64,000 bases of DNA. Source: the human T2T-CHM13v2.0 reference genome, Homo sapiens. Below, in pieces: positions 15,404 to 30,760 of the stretch. The stretch is from the NCBI RefSeq assembly GCF_009914755.1, contig NC_060941.1. The stretch is one strand, 5' to 3'. The notes beneath the pieces were generated by a model. That model worked only from the letters and a program-made list of their open reading frames with translations. It was not told where the DNA came from and made no database searches. A program made the position numbers and the translations under genes. Within the stretch, counting starts at the first letter, position 1; the number at the start of each line of letters is the position of its first letter.

Positions 15404-15670
15404 AGAATGGTACAATTTTCAATTGGAATGTGCATTGTCACACCTTCATGGCAATGACTTTATTGAACCACCAATTCATTAGTAGAATCTGCACATACAC
15501 ATAATTTATGAAGTACTATTCATAAAAGCACATTTTATGAATAATAATCTGTGGACTGCAGAAGCAGTACCTTTCATGACATCTAATGATCTTATCAGAG
15601 GGGAAAGTAGTTATAAATTATCCTTCAAATCCCTTAAAGGTTGAAAGGTAAGTAGTAAGTAGTCATCTTC
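15404..15670 (+). repeat. Local direct duplication, copy 2
   Basis: About 95% identical to 14539-14808. Confidence 0.97.
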
Positions 15671-15904
15671 TAAAAGACTAGTCTAAATACTAAAAGTATA
15701 GATTGACCTGACCAGAGAAGCGAAGACGGGTCATCTGTCACACAGTGTCGTGAACCTAACTAGTTGGGTCAGTATTTTCCAATATTTTTAATCTTGTGAA
15801 ACATGCAAACTTGCCGGGAAGCTGCAGGGTAGATATTCTTCTCTCCTCTCTCCATCTCTCCAGCCAAAATAGCTCGTTCACTTACTCTGTTGAATTTCTC
15901 AGAG

Positions 15905-16015
15905 AGTCTGTAAGCTCCTTATGCGCAAGGATATCATATTTTATACATCCCTATTTTCCCTACAAAGTCTAGTACAAGAACACATAGTAGGCTTTTGGTA
16001 AACCTTTGTGGATTT
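15905..16015 (+). mobile_element. L2 3' end
   Basis: 'ctgtaagctcctt...cacatagtaggc'. Confidence 0.6.
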
Positions 16016-17179
16016 TAACTGCCCTTTCTGCTTTCTGCCACTACACAGAGAAGATATTCACCCTCTTCTCTCATTGCTTTTATTAACTAAACTTCTTAAC
16101 TCTTGGTCAAAAACTTTTAAAGTGTGAAGAAACACAGGACTTGAAACTGACAAAGGAAGCCCTTGTGATATATACAAAGGTCTCAACAAAGGGGATGAGA
16201 ACCTACGTTAGGTGATTTGATTTCAGCCATCCTTGATTTAGTGAGCTTTCAGATTTGCACCTTACTTTACTTTTGTTTTGTTTTGTTTTTTTCTAGGTTT
16301 AAGCTTTGTCTTTTCCCTCTCTCTTTTTCTTTTTTAAACCTTTGGAGAACTTTTATTTTATGCTTCCTTATTTAGCTTTGTAACAACAGGAGTAATTGCT
16401 TTAATACTGCCTGTCACTAACGCATTTTTAACAGCTTTATTGAGATATAATTCACATACCACACAATTCATCCACCTAAAGTGTACAACTCAATGATTTT
16501 TAGTGTATTCACAGAGTTGTGCAACTATCATCACAATCAATTTCAGAGCATTTTTATCACCTCAAAAATAAACCCCATACCCTTTAGCTCTCTCTCCCAC
16601 TCCCTTTTCCCCTCACGCTTCCTAGCCCTAGGCAATCACTAATCTACTTCCTGTCTCTATAAATTTGCCTATTTTGGACATTTCATATAAATGCAATCAC
16701 ACAATATGTGATTTGTGACGGGCTTTTTTCACTTAGCATAATGTTTTCCAGGTTTGTTCATGGCATACTATGTATCAGTGCTTCATCCTTTTTATACCCA
16801 AATACTATTCCATTGCATGCACAGACTACTTTTGTTTAAACATTCATCAGTTAATGGACATTTGCATTGTTTCTGCTTTTGGGGTATAATGAATAATATT
16901 GTTACAGACATTCAAGTGCAAACCAGATACAAATATTCGATAACAAGTATTGGGTTGTTTGAAGATGTGGAGAAATTAGAACCCTCACACACTGGTTTGG
17001 AATGTAAAATGGTGCAGCTGCTTTGGCAAAATGTCTAGAAGTTCCTCAGTCATCATAGTTAACAAATGGCCCAGCAATTCCACTCATGGGTCTTTTTTGA
17101 TTCTAGCCATCCTAGTAGAAGTAAAGTGATATCTCATTGTGGTTTTGATTTGCATTTCCCTGATGACTATTGATGTTGA

Positions 17180-17555
<376 letters not shown>

Positions 17556-17759
17556 TCCTTTTCCCATTTTTAAATTGAGTTATCTTTTTATTATTGTGAT
17601 ACATGTCCCTAATCAGAAATATGATTGCAAGTATATTATCCCATTCTGTGGGAGAATAAAACAACACAATATTTTACATCAATATTTACATCATGAATAT
17701 ACGTCAGTAGAATAGAACTGAAAATCTAGAAATCCTATGAAGCCTAATGTATCTTTATG

Positions 17760-17875
17760 CCAGTACCACACTGTCCGGATTAATGTTGCCAGTACCACAC
17801 TGTCCGGATTGATGTTGCCAGTACCACACTGTCTGGATTAATGTTGTCAGTACCACACTGTCTAGATTAATGTTG
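17760..17875. repeat. Minisatellite, 4 x 29 bp (CCAGTACCACACTGTCCGGATTAATGTTG), derived from L1 sequence
   Basis: Head-to-tail copies start at 17760, 17789, 17818 and 17847. Confidence 0.97.
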
Positions 17876-18278
17876 CCTTGTAATAAGTTTTGGAATTGGG
17901 AAGTGTGACTCCTTCAACTTTGTTCTTTTTCAAGATTGTTTTGGCTATTCCAGGGTCCATCAACTTTCTACATGAATTTTAGAATCAGTTTGTCAATTTC
18001 TACCAAGAAACTAGCTGAGATTCTGATAGGGATTGTGCTGCATCTTGCCATCTTAGCTATACGTCTTCTGGTCCACAAATATGAGATGTTTTTTCATTTA
18101 TTTAGATCTTTACATTTTTCTTTCAAAACATTTTTGTAGTTTCCAGAGTATAGTTTTATACATCTTTTGTTAATTCATTCCTAAATATGAATTTTTTTTA
18201 TGCTATTGTGAATGGAATTCTTTTTAAATTTTAGTCAAATTGTTCATTGCAAGAAATGTTCATAGAAATACAGTTTTA

Positions 18279-18561
<283 letters not shown>

Positions 18562-19329
18562 TGTATTTTTGTATGTTAATTGTGTATCCTGAAACCCTGC
18601 TAAACTCATTTATTAGTTCTAATAATTTGTGGATTTCTTAGAATGTTCTACATAGATCATATCATCAGCAAATATGGATAGATTTAGTTCTTCTTTCATC
18701 TTGTTTTTTGGAAGAGTTGGTCAAGAATGGGTATTAATTTTTCTTTATAGGTTTGGTAGAATTCACCAATGAAGACATTTTTCTGGGCTTTTCTTTGTGG
18801 GTAGTTTTTTTTTTTTTATTACTCATCCAATCTCTACTTGTTATCATTTTATTCAGATTGTCTATTTTTTCTTAAGTCAGTTTTGATAATTTTTGTGTTT
18901 CTAGGAATTTTTCCATTTTATTTAGGCTATCTAATGTAGTGGCATACACTTGTTCATAGTATTCCTTTATAATCCCCACTTTCATTTCCAATCCTAGTAA
19001 TCTGAGTCTTCTCTCTTTCCTCTTTGGTCAGTCTAGCCAAACGTTTGCTAATTTTGTTAATCTTTTCAAAAACCAGGTTTTTTTGTTTTATTTAATTTTC
19101 TCTGTTGTTTTTCTGTTCTTTATTTCATGAATTTTGCTTTGATCTTTTTATTTCCTTCCTTCTGGTTGCTTAAGGCTTAATTTGCTCTTCTTTTTCCAAT
19201 GTCTTAAAGTGGAAAGTTAGCTTATGAACTTGAGATTCCTCTTTTTTTAATATAAGCATTTATAGCTATAAATTTCCCTCTAAACATTATTCTAGCTGCA
19301 TCCTATAAGTTTTGGTATGTCATGTCTGA

Positions 19330-19665
<336 letters not shown>

Positions 19666-20154
19666 ATCTCAAAGCATTTTCTAATTTCCCTTTTGATTTC
19701 TTCCTTGGCCCATTGGTTATTTAAGAATGTGTTAATATCCCCATACTTATGAGTTTTCCAAAGTTCTTTGTGTTATTGATTTCTAATTTCATTTCATTGT
19801 GGTAAGAGAACAAACTTGGTGCTATTTTTATCCTGTTATTTTTATCCTTTTATTTTTTTGAGGCTTATTTTATGGTCTAGCATATGGTTTATCCCGGTCT
19901 AGCATATGGTTTATGCTGGTCCACTTTTCTTAAGCTATAGCTGCAGATTCCTTAGATCATGAAGAGCCTGAATATGATAGAAAGAAGCACCATCAAACTG
20001 GGTTTTAACTCCAGCTTTTCTGTTTAGCAACAATATGGCCTTGGAATGTCCATTTTCCCTCTCTGGGATTCAGTGTCCCTATTTGTATAAAGAAGACCAG
20101 TTTAGACTAGAAGACTTCTAAGGCTAAAGGGCTGGTTTTAAATTCCAATTCTTA

Positions 20155-20470
<316 letters not shown>

Positions 20471-21197
20471 TCACTAGTCTGAATAAATCCTTTAATCTCT
20501 CTGGAGCGAAGTTTCCTTATCTCTAAAATTAGGATAATAATACCTACATTTCCTGAGTTGTTTTGAGAATAGAATAACATATGCATAATTACTGGCATAT
20601 GGTAGCCCTTCAATAAATGAGCTTTGTTGTTGTTGTTTTAATGATGAAAATTTTCTATTTGTCCTATGGTCCACCATAACACAACAGGCTAAGTTCACCT
20701 CATACAAAAACTTATCTGTTTGGCATTTGCTCCCCAAAGCCACCAGCTGATGTGGCTTGTGCTGGCCCACTTTTATGGTCCACTTTCAGGATCCCATGTA
20801 TATAATATACTAGAATGAGGCATTTCATCGTAGCATCAATCTGAGCCTCAATGAGGCTTCTTACATAAATGACATTTTCTGTTTTGTACTTGATGTCTAC
20901 TTTCCTCTTCAGAGATCATGGTATTTCATAACTATTTGCTTTATAATTCTATACTAGGTAGAACTTCTCACCTACAGGGTGTGTAATCAAGTTTTCTAAG
21001 ATGTGGAGAAGCAGCCAGAGAAACCTGGGTCTCAGGGAAGCCTTAGGACATGGTATGTCCTAAAAATCCAGCCTCATAAACCCTCTCATTTTAATTTCTT
21101 TGAGCTCCTTGTCTTCAGTCACTCCACCTGAACATAAAGCAAACAAGATCGATTTTGAAACCCAGCAGGGAAGAAGAAAGAAGAAATTCTATCAGAC

Positions 21198-21666
21198 TGA
21201 TGTAGGAGGTGGAACTCTACTCTGGAGGTGGGGCTTGGACACTGGACCAAATTGAGGACTAGCTAAAACATCCAGGGCAGAAGCACCTTCCCGTAAGACA
21301 TGGCCACTAGTGTGCCATGTCAGTTTATCATTGCCATGGCAACACCCAGAAGTTACCACCCCTTTCCCTGGCAACCACCAAACAACCTGGAAGTTACCAC
21401 CCTCATCCTAGAAATTTCTGCATAAGCTGCCCCTTAATTTGCATATAATTAAAAAGTGGGTATAAATATAGTACAGCCCTGCCTCTGAGCTGCTACTCTG
21501 GGCACATTGCCTATGAGGTAGCCCTGCTCTGCAAGGACCCGTACACTGCAGCTTCAATAAAAGTTGCTGTTTAACACCACCAGCTCGCCCTTGAATTCTT
21601 TACTGGGTGAAGCCAAGGACCCTCCCAGGCTAAACCTTGATTTGGGGGCTTGCCTGTCCTCCATCA
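21198..21666 (+). mobile_element. ERV1 solo LTR, MER41 (C/D/E-like)
   Basis: TG...CA ends. 4-bp TSD AGAC at 21194-21197 and 21667-21670. TATA at 21461, AATAAA at 21556, 'ttgccatggcaacac' and 'ttgaattctt...gccaag'. Subfamily call is from memory. Confidence 0.85.
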
Positions 21667-23578
21667 AGACCATGCAATATCTGGAAATAGGAGGGGCTGA
21701 ATCTGAGAATAGAACTCACGGCACCAAATTTATAGATCTTATAAATATGGGAGAGGAAAGGAAAGGTCATTTTTTGGGGGGAAAAAGGAAAGGAAGTTCA
21801 TCTGATGCTTACTGAGGTTATCCAGCTACTGACGCCTGAAGAATCAACTCAGGTGTGAATAGTGATTGTAGGGTAAAGCCCCTCTTGGTAAGATACTCCT
21901 GGCATAGGATACTATGGTAGAGAATGAATGGGAAAATGGCAGGCATTACTTCAGGTATTTAAGCTATGTTTCTTTGAAGAAAGTTGGTTCTCAGTTGTGC
22001 CACAAAATAGGAACACAAAGAGTGGTGAAGAGTGAGTAGGTGGAAGCTGGAGAAGTTGTCTCCACACTCACACACTCTTTCTTTCCAAAGATTAAGTCTG
22101 TTAACAACTCCACTATCTCAATTAGGCCAGGTTTTGGCAATGCAGGAATGCAGTCAAGGATAATTTATTCCTAGTCAAGAATTTACTAGGAGTCTACCAG
22201 GTGCCCCATCCCACATCCCAGAACAGCAAATTCACTAGAGGAATTGGCAGCTTTTCCAAACCTCTACACTAGACCAGGACTCCAAACGTGTAGCAGCCAC
22301 AATGCTTTCCTTGGAAGAGCCTCCGAGCTTTTATTAGCTTTTTGCTGTTTTTCTAGGTTAAACCCATTGGAAATTGGATTCTCTTTAAAAAGAAGTCTAT
22401 TTTGGTTGAGAATACAGAGTATGTGGAATAATCAAGTCAGGTAATCTCTGGGGCTTTGGATTAAGAATTCTCTGCCCATGATGCATCATATTTAGCTTTT
22501 ATTTTTGGTGAAAGCCTAGTCTAAGAAATTGTATGAAAAAATAAGTAAACAATCACAATCTTTGGAGAATAGAAATGATGTCTGACTTAGCTATTCGGTG
22601 AGCCTTGAAGATTCTGGCTTTGTCCTTGCATGTTTTAGGTTAACAGGTGTTTCCAGACAAACGAGTCATGTTTATTTAAGGCCAGTATTGGTGGCCAGTA
22701 AAAAGGCTGGACTTCTTGGCTCTCAGATGCAGTGTGATTTTGGATTTTTCTCTCTACTACATTAACCATACATTCTTTAAAGAGTACTTAGAGTCCTGGG
22801 AAGGATGTAAAATGTCAACACTGAACTAAGATTACAAAACTCCTGGAATCATAGCAAACATGTTGTTAAGGATCAAACTGAAGATGTGCAAATCAAAAAC
22901 AATACTTTAAACATACTCTCAGCTTTTCAGTTCATTCTAAAAACTCAACGATTGCTCCAAATTCAGGGCAATGGCACTTCCCTCCCCTTCTAGGTTCTTC
23001 TCTGAAGAGCTCGGGGCACTTTCCAGACATGACTTCATTTACTCTCCCTGCAACTAACAGTGTGGGAGAGAAGAGCAGAGCTATTCTCTATATATTACTT
23101 ATTGAGGAAAAGTGTCCTAGAAAAGAAACGATGTTAGAGTCACATCAGATGTTAGGTGAAGAGTTGTGTGCCTTTTTTGCCTTTGCTAAGACAAAATCCA
23201 TGGAACGCGAAAGCTGGGAGAAAACTTAGATACCATCTAGTGCGGTGATTTCATATACAAGTAAAATTTCAAAACAATTTTAAGGATCAGCTACATATTT
23301 GGCCGAAAGAACACTAGAAAAACAACATTTGTCATCCCATGAAAGCAGGGATATTACAACGCCAAAGAGGTAGGAAGAACAACCTCAAAATACACAGTAG
23401 TCCTTCTCAGTAAAGGACCATTTGCAACTTTATATCAACACACACACAAACACACTATATTTCCCTAGTTTTTCTCTTTTTATCATCATAGACCAACTTC
23501 AGTAGAAGGGCAGACGTACAGGAATTTAGCCCACACCTTTATTTTACTTATGAGAAAATTAAGAGCTGGAAAAGGAAG

Positions 23579-23732
23579 TAGGACTGCCAGATAAAACACA
23601 GGACACCCTATTAAATTTGAATCCCATGCAATATTCTGGACATAGTTATGCTCCCTAATAATTTGTTGTTTATCTCAAATTCAAATTTAACGGGGCGCCC
23701 TGTATTTTTATTTGCCGAGTCTGGCAACTCTA
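23579..23732. mobile_element. MER53 hAT MITE (internally deleted), inserted in a MIR
   Basis: TIRs 'taggactgccaga' and 'tctggcaactcta'. Perfect 8-bp TSD AAAGGAAG at 23571-23578 and 23733-23740. Confidence 0.9.
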
Positions 23733-24390
23733 AAAGGAAGTGACTTCTAGTTACTTGACTTGAAGTAACCGTGTTTAATAGTAAAATTAGAAGGAGAAAT
23801 CAGTTCCGAGTCCAGTAAATTTTTTTTACTATACTGTGCTACCTTTTAATGCATCATAGTCCTGCTCTAATTCAATATAATTCATCACCCATGCTAATTC
23901 ACAGCTTGGGTATCTACAATCACCTGCCCACCTCTAATTCTAATTTCATTGTTTGTAATTCTGATACTTTCCTCTTTAGATCCCAAAGATTCTCCCTCTA
24001 TACTGGCAGTTATTCAAACTTTTTAGCCTCAGGACCCTTTATTCTTAAAAAATATTGATGATCCCAAAGAGTTCTTTATGTATGTGAATTATATCTATCA
24101 GTATTTAGTGTACTGGAAACTAAAATTGAGAAAAAATTTAAATATCTTTGTATTAATTCATGAAAAAATAATAAGCCCATTACATGTTAACAAAATAACA
24201 AATTTAATTTTTTAAACTATATTTTCCAAAACAAAAATATCAAGAAGAGTAGTAATGGGTATTATCTATTATTTTTGCAAAATCTCTTTATTGTCTGGCT
24301 TAACAGAAGACAGCAGATTCTGATATCTGCTTCTACATTTGATCTGTTGTGAAATGTTTTGGTTGAAGTATATGAAGAAAAAGTAGCCTC

Positions 24391-24720
24391 AGCCAGGTGC
24401 CGTGGTTCATGCCTGTAATCCCAGCACTTTGGGAGGCTGAGGTGGGCGGATCAGGAGTTCGAGACCAGCCTGGCCAACATGATGAAACCCCAGCTCTACT
24501 AAAAATACAAAAATTAGCCAGGTGTGATGGTGGGTGTCTGTAATCTCAGCTACTCAGGAGGCTGAGGCAGGAGCTACTCAGAATTGCTTGAGCCAGAGAG
24601 ACAGAGGTTGCAGTGAGCTGAGATCATGCCATTGCACTCCAGCCTAGACAACAGAGCAAGACTCCATCTCAAAAAAAAAAAAAAAAAAAGAAAAGAAAGA
24701 AAGAAAAAAAAGAAAAAGAA
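24391..24720 (+). mobile_element. AluS
   Basis: TSD 'gaaaaagtagcctc'. Confidence 0.92.
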
Positions 24721-25519
24721 AAAGTAGCCTCGAACAGACATGTGGTTGAAAAAGGAACGAGTGTTTCAAGTAACGTTTGGAGATCATTGTGACTATTTTT
24801 AAATGTTACACCAAAAAATTGATATTTCTTTCAAAAATTGATACTTCTTTAAAGAAATTGATAGTTTCTTAATGATTAGTTGCAGTGCAGAATGCAAAAC
24901 CTTATTAATAAAATTTTGTATTCCTTTACATTAAAATCATTGGCCTCTCATATACTTTGAGTGGATTACTTCTCCATGAATGATTTTGTCACATAATTCA
25001 TTGGTAACTTGGAAAACATTAGTTCACTAAGTCATGCAGATCCTCCAAATGTTGGCACATTTCCTTATACATTATCAACAAATCACATTTGTTAATATTT
25101 GTGATATTTGTTAATGTCATCATTCACGTGATCAAAAATGACTGAAAAGTTTTCTGAAATTCTGTTTTTGTTTGAAAGTTGGAATTTTATTGTTGGCAAC
25201 AAATACTATATGCTTTGTTGAAGTGGCAGGCTTGTTTTCTCATCATCGAGAAAATGTCTACCAAATCTGAGTAACCAAAACTTGTCTGTCAGTTGTTTTT
25301 CAAGTAAAAATAAGGTGCCATGAAAAAAAGCAGTGAACTCAATTTGCCACTCAAATGATTACAAGATAGTTTTCCTTGAAATGGTCATTGTCCTTTGGTA
25401 TGCAGCACAAGTGCCTATGTGTGCTTCTCATTTTGCCACACTGGCCCTTAAAAAGTCCTTTACCAAGAGATGAGATTTAGAAAAATAAATGTTACTTCAT
25501 CAAGGATATTTTCAAATGA

Positions 25520-25816
<297 letters not shown>

Positions 25817-26899
25817 TGAAACTGGCTATTTCTATTTGTTGTTTTGTTTCTGGTTTTAATGTGAGTGCATTGCGATGAAGAATGCAGTGACTACTAACCA
25901 GTACAGTTTGGTGATAGCAGTTTTACCAACATTACTTTTCAACCATCAGTGCAAATGTCAACATACTGCAAAAGACAAATTATGCCTTAAGATTATTAAG
26001 AAAATAGTTTTGCCCTTTGGACCCCCTGAAAGGACCTTGGGAACCCTCAGTGGTCTGTGGACCCCACTTTAAGATCCACTGCTCTATACCACCTTTGCTC
26101 TAACACGCTCAGAACCAGCTGAAATGCTTAACAAGAAACTCAAGGCTAAAACTCATTAAGAGGGACAACTCTTTCATTCCAACTCATCACCACAGTATAA
26201 ACCTGCAAGGAAGCCTTTTTCTTTATCAATTATGAAAAGATATCTGTGGCCTATGACAGAATAACCTAGATTCTGTGAACTGCTCTCAAATGCATGTTGT
26301 TCCTTGGGTCTGGGATGTTCCTTGGCCATCTCCTACTCCTAATTCTACGCATGCTTCTGGGAAGTGTTCTCAAATCCCCTAAGACTAAATTCCCATTGCA
26401 TTGTACTTATCATCATGGGCAGGGGTTAGGAGAGCAGGGAGAGGAGAATAACATTAAGTGCCTACTGTATTTCAGGCATTATACTGGATACTTAACATTT
26501 AATGCTTACAAAAACTGTGCAAATTAATTTTATAGTTTAGAGAGGGTGAAAAATGTAGGTAGTAAGAAGACCTGTTTGAATCTAAAGCTCTTTGTACTCA
26601 ATCATGGGTTCGTTTTCTATTGCTTAGGGAAATTTGATTTAGTTACAATTTCTCTTATCTTCAAATTTATAAAGGGGTTTAGGTCAATGATCTCTGATTC
26701 TTAGCTCTTTATTGAGCTACTGACCAGTTATTCAGCAATCTATATCGAGATTGATAACCATCATTTTTTACACTTCTCTGCAAATCAGAGAGGGCTGAAG
26801 AGAAGCTATGACAGAGATGGGCTGGGGAGGAGCAGAGAGTGGGGTGAGGAGGCTGTGATGGTATGAACTCTGAAAAGATATATTCAGCCCATTCATGGA

Positions 26900-28760
<1,861 letters not shown>

Positions 28761-30509
28761 ATTTTTTTAGGCGTCTCAAGGATATATATCTTCTCTGGGC
28801 AGCCAAACCTTTTTCTTCTATTGTTTTTTAATCAGAATATTGATTTTTTTCATCAGTTGGATTACTTTAAGGCATAGTTTCAGACAAAATAACACAAAAA
28901 CTCATTCTCACCAGTTAAGTTTCACAGTATCTGCCTTCTGGATTAAAATAATGCAGTGCAGAATTTAGCTTATGTCACGTGGGGTCAAGGGAAGAAAAAA
29001 GAAATAACCATATCTGGAAAATAGCATGGAGAAACAGGCCCTGTATGCCCACAGTTTATTTGTTCAGTCTTGTAGCAAGGAGTAAGGGAAACATGAAAAT
29101 ACCTTGGTCATAAATTGTCATGTAAAAGACAAAGAGAAACTCTGGAATATTATGAAACTATAAATTACTTCTGCTGAAAGCGTAGAATTTGCAGTATCCC
29201 CTTAACCGAGGTTTCACCTCCCCACTTTTGACAGAATAACTCCTGTTCTTTGGAGAAAAACACATGAAATAAATGTAAAACCCGAGAGGGAAATCATCTA
29301 ATATGTACACCACCTGCCTAATAAAATAAGAATAAATTTGGTTTTTTGGCTAAGTAGATTTGCTTATGTTTTAACTTAGTTAGAGGCACACGCCATCAAA
29401 ATTACATATTTATTTTCATTTCAAAAGCACAACACAAAGGGACAAAAAACAATTTTATAATGTTTAAGTGGTTTTGCTTTCAAAAACAGACATCCTATGA
29501 TAGAATTTCTATTTATAAAATAAGACCCAATCAGTTCTTAGGTTAGCATACAATCAAGTCTATTTATTAATTGTGCTAATGAGATCCTGAAACACCACAG
29601 TTTGGCCTCCAGCTCGGCCCTGGGATCTCAGACCTGTGGTGCTGAGTTACAGGAGTACACAGATCCGTTTACCCCAGAGATTGCCAGCACTTTAGTCACC
29701 AAGCTAATGGCAGCAGGTACCAAACAATGACCTCTCAAAAATAAACATATCTGCTCTTTTAAAACTCTTTCTCCCAAATCCTAGAAGGCAGCAGGCCTCA
29801 TGAAGAGCTACCTGCAAAATCCTTCCTTTGAAGAAATACACAAATGAGTCAATCCCCCGTTGAGGGATTTGCTAAAAACAAAGGTCCAGGAAGCCACATA
29901 AAAATGATTTGTGAGGCTCCTTGACGCCTGACATTTTTTTTTAAAACGCTTTCTATGCTCCATTTCAAAAAACAATGCATCTGCAGGCAACTTGACTGCT
30001 ATTTAAGGCGAAATGCTGGTCTCAGATGTATATTTGAGGCATCTATTCAATCTGGAGTTTACTATAGCCAAGGCCTAAACCATAAAAATGGAGTTGGTAA
30101 TGAAAACACGGAGAACTTTAACTAGAGTCAGTGCCAGATTGCCATTCTGTCTCTTCCAGCACCTTCTACTTACGAGAAGTTACTGCCAAATGGAGCACTG
30201 GCAAGTTGCAGAGTGAGTCCCCCTTCCTATGGGCTGATGTGACTCTCACCCTAATGGGACGTGGTAGTGCCTGGGAGCTGCTGGTTGGTGCAGTTGTGCT
30301 GGGAAGATATGAAGCTAGAATTTCAGAGGCCCACTCTGCGGGTATCGCTTTGGCTCTATTCCATGTGTTATATTGAATGGTAGAAGCAGACATGTATTTT
30401 TCAATAGTCTGTATTCCATACAGAAGAAAGAATGGCCAGTGTTAGTCCAGTACTATATTTTGATTATGGGGAAGAAAAATTACAAGAAACTTAATTCAAC
30501 AAGCATTCA

Positions 30510-30760
30510 CTATGAATAATAATAACTATGATCTTTGAGGGCTTACAATTTAGCCTTCTGCCAAGGACTTTTCAGACATTGAATTGTGTAATCCTCTTAA
30601 TATTCCTAAAGATATGACTATTATCCTTGTTTTATAAATGAGGAAACTGAGGCCCTGAGAGATTTAGTAATCTGATTCAGGTCACACTTTTCCTAAGTGG
30701 CAGATCTGGGACTTGAGTCCACATCTAGTCAAACAATAAAGCCCTTTTCAATACACTGTA
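30510..30760 (-). mobile_element. MIR
   Basis: 'ttttataaatgaggaaactgaggccctgagagatt'. Confidence 0.85.

Noticed and set aside
14539-15670. Direct repeats plus 595-bp interior as a miniature LTR retroelement (TRIM-like)
   Set aside because: Copy 1 can be read TG...CA and a purine tract precedes copy 2. However, copy 2 does not end in CA, no TGG primer-binding site follows copy 1, and there is no matching TSD.
17760-17875. 29-bp repeats as a CRISPR-like array
   Set aside because: There are no spacers, the copies are head-to-tail, and the unit is L1-derived in eukaryotic DNA.
23579-23732. MER53 as a miR-1302 family precursor
   Set aside because: The left arm is partly deleted. The mature-like region ('tctggacatagttatgctccc') differs in seed and 3' end from miR-1302 as I recall it.
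24815-24870. Three imperfect ~21-bp repeats 'aaattgata(t/c/g)ttctt'
   Set aside because: Small slippage duplication inside Charlie1a with no further significance. The same applies to small duplications near 31897, 58981 and 60480.
30174-30298. Minus-strand exon candidate overlapping the + strand candidate
   Set aside because: The acceptor has a competing AG about 16 nt upstream and the peptides are unrecognised. It is weaker than the + strand signature.
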